In this document: positions 61,662 through 64,000 of the stretch, in pieces | Layout of the letters: every line of letters begins with the position of its first letter | Numbering within the stretch: the first letter of the stretch is position 1 | Sequence record: OZ035795.1 | From: Krischvirus LF73P4 | Strand: one strand, 5' to 3' | Length of the DNA stretch: 64,000 bases | The notes under the pieces: model-generated | Database searches by the model: none | The model's input: the letters and a program-made list of their open reading frames with translations, nothing else | What the model was told of the DNA's origin: nothing | Program-made: the position numbers and the translations under genes

Positions 61662-62150
61662 ATGAAATGGGAATTGGGTAAGATGTACACTCTTGATGGT
61701 GATGAGAAGAAAGCAGAATTTACCAAATCTGAACTGTCAATCAACCGTCAAGTTGCTGAGTTTCTTGATGGACGTCCTTTTACAGTCGAGGTTATGAGTA
61801 ATGAGGGTCATGTTCTTGAAATCTCGTTAAGTGATGGTAAATGTATTTCTGTTCGAGACACTCCAATTGGTGCGCACGGTGCATGGTTTTGGGCTGGTGA
61901 ACGTCGATTCTTTAAAGAAGTTAAAGAACCAGATCTAACTTTAGAACGTCTGGGTCTGCTTATGGAAGCCTACGACATTCAGTTAATCGATAAGACGGGG
62001 TTACAACATAGTATTGCCAAAATTACTACCCTAGAAGGTATTAAGAGCGTTCTAAATGGTATGCCTAGCCGGATTGGTGCTATCCGCGAATACAAGCAAA
62101 CGCGAGACCGTATGATCCAATTAGAATCACGTATCAAAAATGAGAGATAA
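61662..62150 (+). CDS. hypothetical protein, KWExGKTY family member 1
   Basis: MKWELGKMYT ... RPFTV ... RRFFKEV; start adjusted to ATG 61662. Confidence 0.5.
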   Translation: MKWELGKMYTLDGDEKKAEFTKSELSINRQVAEFLDGRPFTVEVMSNEGHVLEISLSDGKCISVRDTPIGAHGAWFWAGERRFFKEVKEPDLTLERLGLLMEAYDIQLIDKTGLQHSIAKITTLEGIKSVLNGMPSRIGAIREYKQTRDRMIQLESRIKNER

Positions 62151-62154
62151 TATT

Positions 62155-62640
62155 ATGAAATGGGAAGAAGGTAAGACCTATGCGTTGGTTGGCGAATACG
62201 AAAAGCGTATTTTGCGTGATTGTTGGAGTTACGAACAAAGACCTAATATTGATGGTATGTTTACATATCTAGATAAACCATTTACTGTCGCTACGGTAGA
62301 CCGTTGGGGTAATGTGCGTTCAATCTATAATCACGAAGGGGATTATATTAGTTCTATCGATATTGGTGATAATATATGGTTTTCCGATGGTGACCGAGCG
62401 TGCTTCAAAGAAGTTTTATTACCTGGTCATGAATATGATCTAATAGACCTTCTCAAATTGGCGATGGATAATTATAAAATCCGCTTTGAATGCAAATCAC
62501 ATGCGGCTATCGGTGCTAACGCCTTGCGTCATATCTCCAGTTTTGAAGAGTTGAAAGATTTTCTTGACAAAATGCCGGAAAGGGTGCAAGCTATACAGGA
62601 AGCAGAGAAAGCATTAAACGAACTTGATAAAATCGGTTAA
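62155..62640 (+). CDS. hypothetical protein, KWExGKTY family member 2
   Basis: MKWEEGKTYA ... KPFTV ... RACFKEV; SD2 context. Confidence 0.5.
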   Translation: MKWEEGKTYALVGEYEKRILRDCWSYEQRPNIDGMFTYLDKPFTVATVDRWGNVRSIYNHEGDYISSIDIGDNIWFSDGDRACFKEVLLPGHEYDLIDLLKLAMDNYKIRFECKSHAAIGANALRHISSFEELKDFLDKMPERVQAIQEAEKALNELDKIG

Positions 62641-62652
62641 GGGGAATATATT

Positions 62653-63477
62653 ATGAAATGGGAAATTGGTAAAACTTACACTTGGAAAGATGAAAACGCT
62701 AAAACTGAGTTTATTACTAACGGAGAAGGTGTTCTTTCTCCACTTAACAGCGATATTAGTGCATCTATTGGTGACAAGCCATTTACCATCATCGAGATCG
62801 ATGGCAACGGTTGGATTAATGCAATAGAGCTAGACGGTGTTTATCATACGGCGAAAACTGCTACAGGAAAAGACATTTGGACTGCAACATATTTCTTTAG
62901 TCCATTCGATAGAAAATTCTTTCGTGAAGTTGAAGAAGTTCCCCAGAAATGGGAAGTTGGTAAAACTTATACTTGGAAAGATGTGAATGCTATGACAGAC
63001 TTCTGCCATTATGCTGAAAACGTATCTAACCTTAATTATGTTATTGCACGAGCAATAAATTATAGACCTTTTACTGTTAAAAATGTTAGTCCATGTGGGC
63101 AAATTGATGTAATTGAAATTGATGGTAAAGACCATACTCTAATGAGCGCAACCGAAGATAGAGACCATAAAGGAACTAGCTGGTTTATTGATTCTGATAG
63201 AAAATTCTTTCGTGAAGTAGAAGAATTGGAAGTTATAACCACTGATTCTAAAATCGTTGGACAGTTGAAACGTCTGTTTAGTAGTCGTTACGGCCTGACA
63301 ATGGTTAAATTTGGCGAAGCAAATGAAGGTAAAACCTTTGAACGTTTCGATGATTTCATCGCAGCACTTGACAAGATGGACGAAATAATGCAAGATCGCC
63401 AGAAGATTAAAGACCTTCAAGAAGACATTAAACGTCGTGAAGTTGAATTTTTGATTGGTAAAGAGCGAGGATGGTAA
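62653..63477 (+). CDS. hypothetical protein, KWExGKTY family member 3 (two tandem copies of the domain)
   Basis: MKWEIGKTYTWKD ... RKFFREV and QKWEVGKTYTWKD ... RKFFREV within one ORF. Confidence 0.5.
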   Translation: MKWEIGKTYTWKDENAKTEFITNGEGVLSPLNSDISASIGDKPFTIIEIDGNGWINAIELDGVYHTAKTATGKDIWTATYFFSPFDRKFFREVEEVPQKWEVGKTYTWKDVNAMTDFCHYAENVSNLNYVIARAINYRPFTVKNVSPCGQIDVIEIDGKDHTLMSATEDRDHKGTSWFIDSDRKFFREVEELEVITTDSKIVGQLKRLFSSRYGLTMVKFGEANEGKTFERFDDFIAALDKMDEIMQDRQKIKDLQEDIKRREVEFLIGKERGW

Positions 63478-63478
63478 T

Positions 63479-63958
63479 ATGTTTGTTGTTGGTATGACCT
63501 ATCAGTGGAAAAACGATCGAGCGCGGAAAGCCTTTGCAACCAGTGTTGCAAATGATGCAATAGCAGACTTTATCGGTGACCGTACATTTAAAGTTATCGC
63601 TTTTGAAAAAATTGCGTCAGATATCGAATATGTTTCTGCGATTGAAATTGATGGAAAAACATACACCTGTCGAGATGTTGATGATGTACGGGAATACGCG
63701 CACAACTGGTTTTTGCAATCAGAAGAACGTTATTTTAAAGTGGTGTCGTCAGAACTGACTACTGATGCAATGTTGGAACAATTTTTCAACAACTACGAAG
63801 TTTCTGTACGTCGCTATGGCGAAGAAGAAGTGTTTAAAATCGATGATTACAATCAGTTTAAACGAGTATTCGCCACTAAGTTGCAGCGTGACTTTGAACG
63901 TGACCAACGGATCAAGGAACTGGAAGAAGAATTGGAAAGATTAAAGGCTGAGAAATGA
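63479..63958 (+). CDS. hypothetical protein, KWExGKTY family member 4 (divergent)
   Basis: MFVVGMTYQWKND ... RTFKV ... ERYFKVV; start adjusted to ATG 63479. Confidence 0.5.
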   Translation: MFVVGMTYQWKNDRARKAFATSVANDAIADFIGDRTFKVIAFEKIASDIEYVSAIEIDGKTYTCRDVDDVREYAHNWFLQSEERYFKVVSSELTTDAMLEQFFNNYEVSVRRYGEEEVFKIDDYNQFKRVFATKLQRDFERDQRIKELEEELERLKAEK

Positions 63959-64000
63959 TCGAGATATACGGTATACCGAAAGAGGCTTATCATTGTTATG
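63955..64000 (+). CDS. partial CDS running off the window end (N-terminus MIEIYGIPKEAYHCY)
   Basis: ATGA-coupled start; truncated by window. Confidence 0.3.
   Translation, partial: MIEIYGIPKEAYHCY

Noticed and set aside
1-64000. Integrase, transposase or prophage attachment features
   Set aside because: No recombinase-like ORF or terminal inverted repeat was seen. Gene content is that of a virulent T4-like phage.

Overview
This window looks like a segment of a large virulent T4-like myovirus (inference from many T4-type proteins; no database search was possible). Roughly 1..29812 is transcribed leftward (minus strand) and 29887..64000 rightward (plus strand), diverging from a short intergenic region at 29813..29886. 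The left arm holds tandem small early genes of unknown function, several paralogous mini-gene families, thymidine kinase, a macro-domain protein, a secreted lytic transglycosylase, a nucleotidyltransferase, an HNH homing endonuclease, a GrcA-like glycyl-radical cofactor, an L-Ala-D-Glu peptidase endolysin with small membrane proteins, an Acb1-like 2H phosphoesterase, gp57A-like chaperone, dNMP kinase (gene 1) and a gp34-like long tail fibre with two downstream structural genes. The right arm holds replication and nucleotide-metabolism genes: rnh, a CYTH-domain protein, gp59, gp32, frd, td (with a ~125-aa insertion), nrdA, a frameshifted Dcm-like methyltransferase, nrdB, GIY-YIG and HNH nucleases, rnlA, a spanin-like pair, pseT, cd, gp31, a NADAR protein, DNA ligase, dam, nrdC, endonuclease VII, nrdD and nrdG, plus more small paralog families. 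Almost every transcription unit starts with a near-identical sigma70-type promoter (TTGACA, ~17-nt often palindromic spacer, TATAAT-like -10), a conserved leader (CATCGAAACGAAAC-like) and one of two stereotyped ribosome-binding contexts: AGGAGAATCAAA-ATG (SD1) or GAGGATTATATT-ATG (SD2). These resemble the promoter-early stem-loop (PeSL) cassettes described for T4-type phages. No rRNA, tRNA, CRISPR array, integrase or transposase was recognised. Gene starts were adjusted from the ORF track where a conserved SD context indicated an internal start; several genes under 60 aa missing from the track are added. All functional calls rest on motif recognition and recalled homology and need confirmation.
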